DNA from: an uncultured Actinomycetota bacterium
GTDB taxonomy: Bacteria > Actinomycetota > Actinomycetes > JAHEKZ01
DNA length: 64,000 nt
Direction of reading: 5' to 3'
Assembly: GCA_963743915.1 (NCBI GenBank)
Contig: CAVURN010000001.1
Location: forward strand, 128,001-192,000
Within the stretch, counting starts at the first letter, position 1; every line of letters begins with the position of its first letter. A program made the translations under genes and the position numbers. Below are positions 35,385 through 45,703 of this stretch, piece by piece. The notes beneath the pieces are model-generated. The model was given only the letters and a program-made list of their open reading frames with translations, was not told where the DNA came from and searched no databases.

Positions 35385-36251
35385 ATGAACCGCTACGTGA
35401 ACGGCATGAAGACCGCGTTCCTGCTCGGCCTGATGGCTGCGCTGATCATGCTCATCGGCGCGTGGCTCGGCGGCAGCCAAGGTCTCGTCATCGCCTTCGT
35501 CATCGCGCTCGGCATCAACGCGTTCTCGTACTGGAACAGCGGCTCGCTGGCGATCCGAGCGATGCACGCCAAACCCGTCACCCAGGCCGAGCAGCCCACC
35601 ATGCACCGCATCGTGAGCGAGCTGGCGGCGCAGCAGGGTGAGCCCATGCCGCAGCTGTACGTGTCGCCGACGATGGCGCCGAACGCCTTCGCCACTGGGC
35701 GCAATCCTGCGAATGCCAAGGTCTGCTGCACCGAGGGCATCCTGCAGCTGCTCGACGAGCGCGAGCTGCGCGGCGTCCTCGGGCACGAGCTGGCCCACGT
35801 CTACAACCGCGACATCCTCATCGCGTCGGTCGCGGCGACGATGGCCTCGGTCATCATGTTCGTCGCGCAGTTCGCCTGGCTGATCCCGATGGGAGGCGGC
35901 GGGCGCGACCGCGGCAACGCGCTCGGCGCGCTGCTGCTGATGATCCTCGGGCCCATCGCGGCGGCGCTCATCCAGTTCGCGATCAGCAGGTCGCGCGAGT
36001 ACCAGGCCGACCAGTCCGGCGCCGGCTACACCGGTGACCCGCTCGCGCTGGCGTCGGCCCTGCGCAAGCTGGAGCGAGGCACCCAGGCGGCACCACTGCC
36101 CAGGGAACCCGAGCTGGAGACCGCCAGCGCGCTGATGATCGCCAACCCCTTCCTCCCCGGCGGCATCAGCCGGCTCTTCTCGACGCACCCCCCGACGGCG
36201 GACCGGGTCGCCCGGCTGGAGGAGCTGGCCGGGCTCGCGGTGATTGACTAA
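35385..36251 (+). CDS. htpX: Zinc metalloprotease HtpX (M48)
   Basis: PNAFATGRNP, HELAH zinc motif, SRSREYQAD, STHPP. Confidence 0.95.
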   Translation: MNRYVNGMKTAFLLGLMAALIMLIGAWLGGSQGLVIAFVIALGINAFSYWNSGSLAIRAMHAKPVTQAEQPTMHRIVSELAAQQGEPMPQLYVSPTMAPNAFATGRNPANAKVCCTEGILQLLDERELRGVLGHELAHVYNRDILIASVAATMASVIMFVAQFAWLIPMGGGGRDRGNALGALLLMILGPIAAALIQFAISRSREYQADQSGAGYTGDPLALASALRKLERGTQAAPLPREPELETASALMIANPFLPGGISRLFSTHPPTADRVARLEELAGLAVID

Positions 36252-36273
36252 CTGAACAGTCAGTCAATATTCT
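36243..36273 (+). promoter_or_regulatory. Sigma70-type promoter (TTGACT-N18-TATTCT) overlapped by a 26-bp inverted repeat, probable repressor operator
   Basis: ATTGACTAACTG-AA-CAGTCAGTCAAT (12-bp arms, one mismatch), AT-rich in a GC-rich context, just upstream of the oxidoreductase gene. Confidence 0.7.
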
Positions 36274-36298
36274 CGAGCCACTGACCTCGGAGGTGGGC

Positions 36299-37895
36299 AT
36301 GGCTCAGCGCTACGACGCCGTCGTCATCGGTGGTGGCCACAACGGCCTCGTCGCGGCGGCGTACCTGGCCAAGTACGGCAAGCGCGTGGTGGTTCTCGAG
36401 AAGCGGCACAAGACCGGCGGTGCGGCGGACACCAGCCAGCCGTGGCCCGAGGCGCCGGAGTTCAAGGTGACGACGCTGTCGTACACGATGAGCCTGATGC
36501 CGGAGTACATCCTCAAGGACCTCCAGCTCGCCCGGTTCGGGTACAAGATCAACCCGCTCGGGCTCGGATACACGCCGCTGTCCGACGGCCGCTCGCTGCA
36601 TCAGCGACGGCCCGAACATGTACGACTCGTACGCGGCGTTCTCCAAGAAGGACGCCGACGCGCACGACCCGTACTTCGAGTGGATCGGGCGCATCGCGGG
36701 CATCCTGCACCCGCTGCTCGACCGCACGCCGCCCGCACATGGGGTCGAAGAAGCTCGGCGACATCAAGGACCTCGGGATGCTCGCCTGGATGCTCCGCAA
36801 GGAGATCGACGAGCGCACGGTCGCCGACATCACCCGGCTCTTCACGATGAGCGCGGCCGACCTGCTCACCCGCTGGTTCGAGCACCCGGTGATCCTGGGC
36901 TCGCAGGCCGTCAACGGCATCATCGGCACCTGGGCCGGCCCGATGAGCCCCGGTACCGCCTACGTGCTCATGCACCACTCCGTCGGCGACGAGGCCGGCG
37001 GCAAGGTGTCGTCCTGGGGACAGCCGGTCGGAGGGATGGGTGCCGTCGCGGACGCCTGCCGCGCTGCCGCCGAGTCGTTCGGTGCCGAGGTTCGCGTGAA
37101 CGCCGGCGTCTCGCAGGTCACGGTGTCGAACGGCCGGGCCACCGGAGTGGTGCTCGAGGACGGTGAGGAGATCACCGCCGACCTCGTCGTCACGACGTGC
37201 CACCCGCAGATCACCTTCCTGAACCAGATCGACCGGCACCACCTGCCCGACGAGTTCGTCCACGACATCGAGAACTGGCGATCGCGGTCCGGCACGGTGA
37301 AGATCAACCTCGCGCTGGACCGGCTGCCCGAGTTCACCGCCGAACCCGGGCTTCGACCCGGACATCCACGGTGGCGCCATCAGCATCATGGACGACCTCG
37401 AGTACCTCGAGACCGCGTTCCAGGAGGCGAGGTCGGGCAAGGCCGCCACGCTGCCGTTCTCCGACCGCGAGATCCCGACGGTCTACGACAAGACACTCGC
37501 ACCCGAGGGCAAGCACATCATGTCGATGTTCACCCAATGGGTGCCCGAGTCGTGGAGCCAGGAGCGCAACCAGGACGAGCTGAACGCGTACGCGCAGCGG
37601 CTGTACGACCGGTTCGACGCGGTCGCGCCCGGGCTTCAAGGACTCGATCCTGCACGAGCAGGTCATCGGCCCGTGGGAGATGGAGCACGACTTCGGGCTG
37701 ATCGGCGGCAACATCTTCCACGGCGAGCTCACCGTCGACCAGCTCTTCCACATGCGACCCGCGGTCGGCTACGCCGACTACCGGACGCCGATCCACGGGC
37801 TGTACCAGGCGTCCAGCGCGACCCACGCCGGCGGAGGCGTCACGGGGATGCCGGCCCACCACTGCGTCCGTGAGATCAGGCGCGACAAGGCCTGA
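36299..37895 (+). CDS. FAD-dependent oxidoreductase, phytoene dehydrogenase-like (COG1233/PYROXD2 type), frameshifted
   Basis: YDAVVIGGGHNGLVAAAYLA, LEKR..GGA, GTAYVLMHH, GGMG, GNIFHGEL, YRTPIHGLY, GGGVTGMP. Confidence 0.85.
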
Positions 37896-37920
37896 GCGCA
37901 CCGTAGCCGCCCACGGGTGG

Positions 37921-40621
37921 TCAGCCCGTGCGCTCCGCTCCGGTCGAGTGCTCGCGCGAGACCACCTCGAGAGGGGACACCGAGCTTTCGGTAGACCCGA
38001 CTCAGGTGGAACTCGACGGTCTTGACGCTGAGGAAGAGGGAAGCCGCCACCTCGGCGTTCGACATGCCGTCGACCACGGCCATGGCCACGCGAAGCTCCT
38101 GGGGGGTCAGCTGGCGCGCAGGCTGATGGGTAGCCGTGGGCGGGCGTTGTCCGGTGGCGCCCAGCTCCCTCCGTGCCCGTTCCGACCAGGGTGGAACACC
38201 GATCCGCTCGAACGCTTCGAGTGCCGCGCGGAGCGACTCCCTGGCGTCACGGACACGCCGGGTGCGACGAAGGTGCTCACCGTGCAGCAGCAAGGTGCGG
38301 GCCGCCTCGAACGGGTCATCTGTCTGCTCGTGGCTGTGCCAGGGCCTCGCGGTAGTGGTCGTCTGCGTCGTCGGGACGGGTCAGCGCGAAGCATCGCTGC
38401 ACCAGTGCCAGGCCGTGCGGGTCGATGATCCCGTCCAACCGCTGCGCCAGGCGATCTGCTACGTCCCGGGCCTGTCGACGAGACCGAGGGCCACCAGCGC
38501 CTCGGTGAGGTCCGCGGAGGCACCCGTGACCGCATCACGGCACCCACGGCCGAGGAAGGGAGAGGACACCACTCGCTGAAGCGGGACGATGGCCGGCTCG
38601 ACGTGACCCAGGGTCAGGGCGAGTGCACCACGTGCTTGATCTGCCCACGCCATCCGCTTCACTGAGGGGTCGGCCCGAACTGTGCTCCGCGGACGCGACC
38701 AGGCTTCTCGGTTCGCTGCTGACCTCGCCACGGTAGGAGGTGACAGCAGCCGCCAGGCTGACCTCGGAGACGGAAGGAGGGCAACTGCATCGCGCGGTCG
38801 AGATCGATGGCCTCAGTGAACAGTGACTCCGCTCGCTGCCAGTGTCCGTCGCGTCGCGCGTGCTCTGCGGAGAAGAAGGCCGCTGATGCGGTGAGAGCGG
38901 GTCGACCGCTGGCACGGAACCGCCGGGCCATGTACGCCATCCGCGCTGCGGAGATCCGAAACGTCCTTGCCGAGCCAGCCGGGGATCATCGCCCACAGCA
39001 GCAGCGGTTCACCGGCGAGAAGCTCAGGGTCGACGTCTGCGCTGAGCGCAACAGGCCTTGTTCAGCAGCGCGACCCCACGATCGTGGCGTCCCACGAAGG
39101 TGTAGGCCATCCCGAGAGCGGCCACCAGGTCCCATCGCGCGTTTGCATCGGGAGACGTCGAGCTCCTCGCCGAGCTGATCGAGTCGTGCGACGTCTGCAG
39201 CCGACATGGCAGTCCAGATGCGATTGACGTCGAGGCGCACCCTCAAGTTCCTCGTCCAGCGCAGCCAAAGGAAGGTCGGACAGCACAGTGTCGAGCTCGT
39301 CAGGGCCGACGCCGCGTGGTCCTTCGAGCCTGACGAGAACGGCCCTTGCTCGCAGGACGGGGTCACTGGTGCTTCCGTGACGCGGCCGGCGAGCTCCTCC
39401 ATGTGAGCGGCGTCCGGAGCCAGCTCGGCAGACAGCACCAGCCGGCGTAGACGGTCATGACGAGCAGGAGACAGGTCCGCGGCGCGCTCTGCCATGGTTG
39501 CGCCCTCGAGGCTGAGGCCCTGATCCGCCAGTCTCGCGGCCTCCCGCTCGAGCGCGGAGGCGAGATCCTCGTCGGGTCCTGTGCTCGCCTCGGCCAGGTG
39601 CCGAAGGCTTCGTTGGGGCTCACCGCGTGACGCGAACAGCTGCCCGAGGACGAGATGTGCGCTTCGACGCTCGGCGTGGGTCGCAGCGGCGTGAACCGCA
39701 GCCCGAGCCAACGGGTGGACGAATCGGGGCTCCGGTCCGAGCGTCAAGAGTCCATGACGCTCGGCGACCTCGAGGTCGGAGACGGAGACCCCGGCCGAGA
39801 CCCAGGCCTGATGGACCGCACTCGGGTCGCCGGAGTCGTCGGCCGCCATGAGGACGAGCCCGACGCGGGTGAGCGCCGGCAGCGCGTCGAAGCCGTGCGC
39901 GTACCGCTCCTGTACGGCCTGGCCGACGGGTATCGGTGAGGGCGGGACCTGGGACCCTCGAAGGACCTCCTCGGGCAGCAGGGACGGTGGCCTCGACCAG
40001 AGCCAGAGGAAGGCCACCGAGCGAGCGCACGATCTGCCGTCCAGCTCGGTCGGTCACCTCCGGGGTCACCGAACGGAGAAGTGCGAGTGCGTCGTCATCG
40101 GCGAGCGCCGGGATGTCGAGGCATGGCAGGTGGGCAAGAGGCTCGCTCCGGCCGATCTCGGGTCGTCCAGCCAGCACGATCGCCACTGGATCGGCGAGTA
40201 GGCGACGCGTGGCGAACACCAGGGCGCGGAGCGAGGGTCCGTCGAGCCACTGAACGTCGTCCACCGTCACGAGCAGCGGTTGTTCGGCACCGAGCCGACA
40301 CGAGAGCCTCGAGGACCTCGCCGGGCTCGGGACTCGGTCGAAGGTGGCATGTTCCTCCAGGTGCCCGAGCAGGAGGCCTGCGACGGCACCTGGCAGTCGG
40401 GACTCCACTTCCAACGCGGTCACCTGGGCCACGTGAAAGCCTCTGGGTGCGCCAGGCTTGCGACGGCTTCGATCAGAGCGGTCTTGCCGATCCCTGGTTC
40501 CCCCACGAGGCGGAGCACCGCGGACCTGCCTGCTTGGGCCTCGTCGAGCAGTGCAACGAGATGATCCAGCTCCACGTCCCGGCCGACCAGCACCAGCCCA
40601 CTGTGCCACCGGTGTGCCCAT
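37921..40621 (-). CDS. Large ATP-binding LuxR-family (LAL) regulator: AAA ATPase plus C-terminal LuxR HTH; heavily frameshifted, ends approximate
   Basis: LVGRDVEL, Walker A GEPGIGKT, Walker B-like VTVDDVQWLD, GGLPLAL, FVHPL, HTH LTPQELRVAMAVVDGMSNAEVAASLFLSVKTVEFHLSRVYRKLG. Confidence 0.85.
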
Positions 40622-40624
40622 GAA

Positions 40625-40640
40625 CTAGGGGTTTCCCGGA
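40625..40640. promoter_or_regulatory. Putative LuxR-type operator CTAGGGGTTTCCCGGA
   Basis: 13/16 match to the PAS-LuxR (PimM-type) consensus CTVGGGAWWTCCCBAG; in the divergent spacer next to the LAL gene. Confidence 0.5.
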
Positions 40641-40719
40641 AGAGCACCACCGACCTCCGAGCCGACGATGTGCCTCAGACCCGGCTCACCGGGCCGGGCG
40701 TATCAGGAAGGAAACGCAG

Positions 40720-41213
40720 ATGAACCGCACCCGATCCATCGCTGCAGCCGGGCTGGCTGCGGTGCTCGTCACGGCGGGGCTGGCGGCCTCGACGGGCGGC
40801 GCCGCATCCGCGTCCGGCTGCGCCGGACCCAGCATCGCCGGCGCCTGGCGCATGACCATCGATCCCGACCCCAACCCGAACGGGGATCCACCTCCCTTCG
40901 CTTCCCGGGTCGCATTCGCCAGGGGTGGTGTCGTCACGGACACCACCAGCCGGTTCCCCCCGGCTACGTCGATGCCTCTGGAGGTGTCGGCGCCTGGAAG
41001 CAGTGCAACCGCAAGGTCACGTTCACGTTCGAGCGCTTCCTCTACGACGTCAACGGCTTCGCCGCCATCCAACGAGTGCAGGGAACCGCAACGGTGAGCT
41101 ACGACGGCAAGACGCAGGCCGGTCCCGCGACAGCCACCCTGTTGGCCGTGGACGGCCAGACGGTCCTGTCCAGCTTCGGGGTCCAGGCGTCCGGGACACG
41201 CATGACTCCGTGA
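40720..41213 (+). CDS. Secreted hypothetical protein, probable beta-barrel (calycin-like); frameshift near 40965
   Basis: Signal peptide (MNRTRS + hydrophobic stretch + ASA), IAGAW motif, alternating beta-strand pattern, two Cys; AGGAAGGA RBS. Confidence 0.7.
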
Positions 41214-41221
41214 GCCGGGTG

Positions 41222-41277
41222 CGGCGCGGGGGTCGGGCGGTCGGCGTAGGTCGGCCGCCCGAACCGCTCCCGCGCCG
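41222..41277. terminator. Imperfect GC-rich hairpin between convergent genes
   Basis: cggcgcggg...tcgggcggtcg / cggccgcccga...cccgcgccg arms. Confidence 0.45.
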
Positions 41278-41279
41278 AC

Positions 41280-41774
41280 TCAGCGGTAGTTGACGTACTG
41301 CAGCGCGACGTCGAGGTCCTTGCCGTCCAGGAGCCGCTGCACGGCCTGCAAGTCGTCGCGGCTCTTGCTGGTGACGCGCAGCTCGTCGCCCTGTATCAGC
41401 GGCTTGACGCCCTTCGGCCCCTCGTCCCGGATGATCTTGGAGATCTTCTTGGCGTTCTCCTGCGAGATGCCCTGCGACAGCGAGCCGGCGATCTTGTAGT
41501 CCTTGCCGGACGCCGCGGGCTCGCCGGCGTCGAGGTGCTTCAGCGAGACCTTGCGCTTGACCAGCTTGTCCTTGAAGACGTCGAGGGCGGCCTTGACCCG
41601 CTCCTCGGAGTTGGCGCGCAGCTCGACACCCATCTCGCCCTGCCACGCGATCGCGGCGCCGGTGCCCTTGAAGTCGAAGCGCTGGCTCAGCTCCTTGGCG
41701 GTCTGGTTCAGCGCGTTGTCGATCTCCTGACGGTCGACCTTGCTGACGATGTCGAACGACGACTCCGAGGCCAT
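41280..41774 (-). CDS. yajQ: YajQ family nucleotide/c-di-GMP-binding protein
   Basis: [36 protein letters not shown]-terminal NYR. Confidence 0.95.
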   Translation of the reverse strand: MASESSFDIVSKVDRQEIDNALNQTAKELSQRFDFKGTGAAIAWQGEMGVELRANSEERVKAALDVFKDKLVKRKVSLKHLDAGEPAASGKDYKIAGSLSQGISQENAKKISKIIRDEGPKGVKPLIQGDELRVTSKSRDDLQAVQRLLDGKDLDVALQYVNYR

Positions 41775-41886
41775 CAGGACTCCTTCTGACGAGCGGGCGA
41801 ACAGCGTATGTGCGGGCGGAGGCACCTGCGGTTGGGCCCACCGACCTGCGGTATTGTGGCGCTCCGCTGCGACGAGCGGCAAACCT

Positions 41887-41968
41887 GGCAGGTTGCCCGA
41901 GCGGCCAAAGGGAGCGGACTGTAAATCCGTCGGCTCAGCCTACGTTGGTTCGAATCCAACACCTGCCA
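41887..41968 (+). tRNA. tRNA-Tyr(GTA)
   Basis: Acceptor GGCAGGT/ACCTGCC, anticodon loop CT-GTA-AA, long variable arm, GGTTCGAATCC. Confidence 0.97.
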
Positions 41969-41972
41969 CACC

Positions 41973-42002
41973 TCGGACCCCCGGCCCTGGCCGGGGGTCC
42001 GA
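41973..42002 (+). terminator. Perfect hairpin after tRNA-Tyr
   Basis: TCGGACCCCCGGCC-CT-GGCCGGGGGTCCGA followed by CTTGTCT. Confidence 0.7.
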
Positions 42003-42087
42003 CTTGTCTCCGCAGCAGACGTCGAGGGCGATTTCGCCCCGTCGGGGCGGCACCTGTAGCCTGTGTGGGCTCGCCTCGCGTGAGCAC

Positions 42088-42160
42088 GCCCCAATAGCTC
42101 AGTCGGTAGAGCGTCTCCATGGTAAGGAGAAGGTCTACGGTTCGATTCCGTATTGGGGCT
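42088..42160 (+). tRNA. tRNA-Thr(GGT)
   Basis: GCCCCAA/TTGGGGC acceptor, TCTCC-ATGGTAA-GGAGA anticodon arm, GGTTCGATTCC. Confidence 0.97.
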
Positions 42161-42214
42161 CGGGGCCTACGCCGACGGGTCTGCACCCGCAACCCGGCGG
42201 CGACAGGTTCGGAC

Positions 42215-42291
42215 GGCGGAGTAGCTCAGGTTGGCAGAGCAAGCGGCTCATAATCGCTGTGTCGCCGGTTCAAATCCGGCCTCCGCTACCA
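42215..42291 (+). tRNA. tRNA with CAT anticodon (probably elongator Met), CCA encoded
   Basis: GGCGGAG/CTCCGCT acceptor, CT-CAT-AA loop, GGTTCAAATCC, terminal ACCA. Confidence 0.95.
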
Positions 42292-42333
42292 GCAGTCCAG
42301 CACCAATCGTCAGCAGCAACCCAAGGAGCTCCG

Positions 42334-42498
42334 GTGGCCAAGAGCGACGTCCGGCCGAAGATCACGATGGCCTGTGCGGACTGCAAGCACCGCAACTACA
42401 TCACCCGCAAGAACCGGCGCAACGACCCTGACCGCATCTCGCTGCAGAAGTTCTGCCCCAACTGCGGCAAGCACACCGAGCACCGCGAGACCCGCTAG
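42334..42498 (+). CDS. rpmG: 50S ribosomal protein L33 (zinc-binding C+ form)
   Basis: [20 protein letters not shown]...[16 protein letters not shown]; AAGGAG RBS. Confidence 0.97.
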   Translation: MAKSDVRPKITMACADCKHRNYITRKNRRNDPDRISLQKFCPNCGKHTEHRETR

Positions 42499-42516
42499 TC
42501 GACGGTCGCTGAGGCA

Positions 42517-43345
42517 GTGAGCGTCCCGTCCGACGTGACGTCTCGGCTCGCCGGCCGGGTCGCCGTCATCACCGGTGCTGGACGGGGCATCGGCCGCGCC
42601 ACGGCTCGTCGACTCGCCGCCGAGGGTGCCTCGGTCGTCCTCGGAGACCTCGACCCCGAACCCCTCGCCGCTGTGGCGGAGGAGCTTGGGACACGCGCAT
42701 GTGCCACCGTCGTCGGCGACACGTCCGACCCGGCGGCCGCCCAGGTGCTGATCCACACCGCGACCGACACGTTCGGCGGGCTCGACATCCTCGTGAACAA
42801 TGCCGGCACCACACGTGACCGGATGTTCCACCACATCACCCCCGACGACCTGGACGCGGTGCTCGACGCCAACCTTCGCACTGCGTGGAACGCGACCCAG
42901 GCGGCGCTCGGCGTCATGCGTCCCGCAGCCAAGGCCGAGCTCGCTGCGTCCGGAGCCGTCCACCACCAGCGCAAGATCGTGTTCACCTCGTCGGTGGCGG
43001 CCCTGACGGGCAACCCCGGTCAGGCCAGCTACACCGCTGCCAAGGGCGCACTGATCGCACTGGTCCGCACGCTCGCGCAGGAGCTCGGGCCGTTGGGCAT
43101 CACGGTCAACGCGGTCGCCCCCGGCTTCATCGAGACGCGGCTCACCGCCGAAGAAGTCGGCGGGCGGCCAGCTCGGCATACCGCCCGACATCCGTGAGTC
43201 CATCCGCGGCATGATCGCCCTCGGACGGTTCGGCCAGCCCGAGGAGGTCGCCGCGGCGACGGCATTCCTGGTGTCGCCGGACGCCGACTACGTCTCGGGT
43301 GTCACACTCCCGGTCACCGGGGGCCAGTACGGAGGGATGGGGTGA
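42517..43345 (+). CDS. Short-chain dehydrogenase/reductase (FabG-like 3-oxoacyl reductase), frameshift near 43150
   Basis: TGAGRGIG, NNAG, catalytic YTAAK, VNAVAPG. Confidence 0.88.
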
Positions 43346-43347
43346 GC

Positions 43348-43794
43348 ATGGGGCTCAACACCGAGCTCGTCGGCAAGACGTACCCACCACAGGTGTACGA
43401 GGTCGGCCGCGAAAAGGTCCGCGAGTTCGCCTCGGCCGTCGGCGACCCGAGCCCGGCCTACCACGACGTGGACGCCGCGCGCGCGCTCGGTCACGCCGAC
43501 CTGGTCGCTCCTCCGACGTTCGCCGTCGTCGTCACCAGGGGTCCGCAGCTCGCAGTGATCGATGACCCGGAGCTCGGCCTCGACTTCAGCCGTGTCGTGC
43601 ACGGTGACCAGAAGTTCGCGTTCACCAGGCCCATCGTGGCCGGCGACGTCCTGCACACCACTGCGTCCGTGGCCTCAGCGCGCACCATGGCCGGAAATGA
43701 CATCCTCACGATCCGCAGCGACGTCACCGATGCAGGCGGTGCGGCTGTCGTCTCGGTGTTCGCGACGCTCGTCGCTCGTGCGGTGGAGTCCTGA
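43348..43794 (+). CDS. MaoC-like dehydratase N-terminal subunit (HadA-like)
   Basis: YEVGREKVREFA, APPTF, VVHGDQKF. Confidence 0.9.
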   Translation: MGLNTELVGKTYPPQVYEVGREKVREFASAVGDPSPAYHDVDAARALGHADLVAPPTFAVVVTRGPQLAVIDDPELGLDFSRVVHGDQKFAFTRPIVAGDVLHTTASVASARTMAGNDILTIRSDVTDAGGAAVVSVFATLVARAVES

Positions 43795-43795
43795 C

Positions 43796-44224
43796 ATGGC
43801 AGCCACCGTCCGCCATGCCGAACTGGAGGTGGGGACCGAGCTCCCTCCCCAGGCCTTCACCCTCCACCGCGTCGACCTCGTGAAGTACGCCGGCGCGTCC
43901 GGAGACTTCAACGTCATCCACTGGAACGAGCGCGTCGCACGGGAGGTCGGTCTTCCGAACGTCATCGCCCACGGCATGCTGACGATGGCCGAGGCTGTCC
44001 GTGTGGTGACGGACTGGTGCGGTGATCCGGGTGCCGTTGTCGAGTACTCGACGCGTTTCACCAAGCCGGTTCCGGTTCCCGATGACGACAACGGCGCGAC
44101 GGTCGAGGTCGCGGGCAAGGTCATCGAGCTGCTCGACGACGCGCGGGTCAAGGTCGAGCTCACCGCCCGGTGCGACGACGCCAAGGTGCTCGGCATGGCC
44201 CGGGTCGTCGTCCAGCTGACCTGA
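43796..44224 (+). CDS. MaoC family dehydratase (HadB-like)
   Basis: Hydratase motif YAGASGDFNVIHW, IAHGMLTM. Confidence 0.92.
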   Translation: MAATVRHAELEVGTELPPQAFTLHRVDLVKYAGASGDFNVIHWNERVAREVGLPNVIAHGMLTMAEAVRVVTDWCGDPGAVVEYSTRFTKPVPVPDDDNGATVEVAGKVIELLDDARVKVELTARCDDAKVLGMARVVVQLT

Positions 44225-45255
44225 TGCGCGAGCTCCGCGATGTTCCGCTGTCGACCCTGACTTCGCTACGGGTCGGTGGCCCGGCCGAGCGGTTGCTCGA
44301 GGCGTCCACCACCGACGACCTGATCGATGCCGTGCACGGTGACGGCCGGGACGGCTGCTTCGTCCTCGCCCAGGGGTCGAACGTGGTCTTCGGCGACGCA
44401 GGTGTGGAGGTGCCCGTCGTGGCGGTCCGCACCTCCGGCGTCGAGGTGAAGCGCACCGGCAGCGAGGTGCATCTCCAGGTCGCAGCAGGCGAGATCTGGG
44501 ACGACCTCGTTGCGCGTGCGGTCACTGAGGGCTGGAGCGGTGTCGAGAGCCTGTCGGGCATCCCGGGGTCGGTCGGCGCGACGCCGATCCAGAACGTCGG
44601 TGCCTACGGCCAGGAGATCGCAGAGGTCGTGACCGAGGTCGAGGTGTACGACCGGCTGACGGCGCGTGGACGACGGATGTCGCGTGCCGACTGCGCATTC
44701 ACCTATCGCGGCAGCGTGTTCAAGAGTGAGCCCGATCGCCTCGTCGTGCTCTCGGTCCACCTTCGGCTCCGTGTCGACGGGGAGGGTGCACCGGTGCACT
44801 ACGCCGAGCTGGCCACGAAGCTGGGCATCGAGCTCGGTGGCCGGGCGCCGCTGTCAGCCGTGCGTGAGGCCGTGCTCGACCTGAGGCGCGGCAAGGGAAT
44901 GCTGCTGGACGCCGCTGACCACGACACCTGGTCGGCAGGCTCCTTCTTCACCAACCCGGTGCTGCCGGCGGCCAAGGTCCCCGACGGAGCCCCGCGATGG
45001 GAGCAAGCGGACGGACGCATCAAGACCTCCGCTGCCTGGCTGATCGAGCAGGCGGGCTTCGGCAAGGGGTTCGGTGCCGAGCTCGGTACCGGCAGAGCGA
45101 CGCTGTCGACCAAGCACACCCTTGCGGTCACGAACCGGGGTCGGGCCACCACCGAGGATGTCCTGCTGGTGGCACGCACCGTGCGCTCCGGCGTCCGTGA
45201 GCGCTTCGGTGTGACGCTGCACCCGGAGCCGACTCTGGTCGGGGTCCACCTGTGA
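44224..45255 (+). CDS. murB: UDP-N-acetylmuramate dehydrogenase
   Basis: LRVGGPA, GSN, GIPGSVGATPIQNVGAYG, SAGSFFTNP, SAAWLIE, KHTLA, PEP. Confidence 0.95.
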   Translation: MRELRDVPLSTLTSLRVGGPAERLLEASTTDDLIDAVHGDGRDGCFVLAQGSNVVFGDAGVEVPVVAVRTSGVEVKRTGSEVHLQVAAGEIWDDLVARAVTEGWSGVESLSGIPGSVGATPIQNVGAYGQEIAEVVTEVEVYDRLTARGRRMSRADCAFTYRGSVFKSEPDRLVVLSVHLRLRVDGEGAPVHYAELATKLGIELGGRAPLSAVREAVLDLRRGKGMLLDAADHDTWSAGSFFTNPVLPAAKVPDGAPRWEQADGRIKTSAAWLIEQAGFGKGFGAELGTGRATLSTKHTLAVTNRGRATTEDVLLVARTVRSGVRERFGVTLHPEPTLVGVHL

Positions 45256-45701
45256 CGGTCGACGTGCGGGTGGCCGAGCAGGAGGACGCCGACGCCGTTG
45301 CCGATGTGCTGATCACCAGCAGGCGCGCGGCCTACCCGGCTGTCCCGGCGTCCGTGCACCCGGACGACGAGACGCGGACGTGGGTCCGCCGGCACCTGCT
45401 GGATGAGTGCGAGGTGTGGGTGGCGACCGCCGAAACAGCGGTGGTCGGCGTCCTGGCCCTGCAGGACGACTGGGTCGAGCAGCTGTACGTGCTGCGCGAG
45501 TGGTCGGGCAAGGGAGTCGGTGGCCGCCTGCTCGAGCGGGCGAAGGAACGGTCGCCAGGTGGCCTGCAGCTGTGGACGTTCGTCAGCAACGAGACGGCCA
45601 GGACCTTCTACGAGCACCGGGGATTCGTGGTCGTCGAGCAGACGGACGGCTCCGGCAACGAGGAGCACCAGCCTGACCTGCGGATGGTCTGGCGTCCCTG
45701 A
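45252..45701 (+). CDS. GNAT family N-acetyltransferase
   Basis: QLYV, GKGVGGRLL acetyl-CoA motif, N..ARTFYEHRGF. Confidence 0.88.
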   Translation: MTVDVRVAEQEDADAVADVLITSRRAAYPAVPASVHPDDETRTWVRRHLLDECEVWVATAETAVVGVLALQDDWVEQLYVLREWSGKGVGGRLLERAKERSPGGLQLWTFVSNETARTFYEHRGFVVVEQTDGSGNEEHQPDLRMVWRP

Positions 45702-45703
45702 CG

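Noticed and set aside
36299-37895. Carotenoid biosynthesis gene crtI
   Set aside because: No crtB/crtE/crtY neighbours; motifs fit the broader COG1233/PYROXD2-like group
41887-42291. tRNA cluster as an integration site of a prophage or ICE
   Set aside because: No integrase, no duplicated tRNA 3' end and no phage or conjugation genes visible
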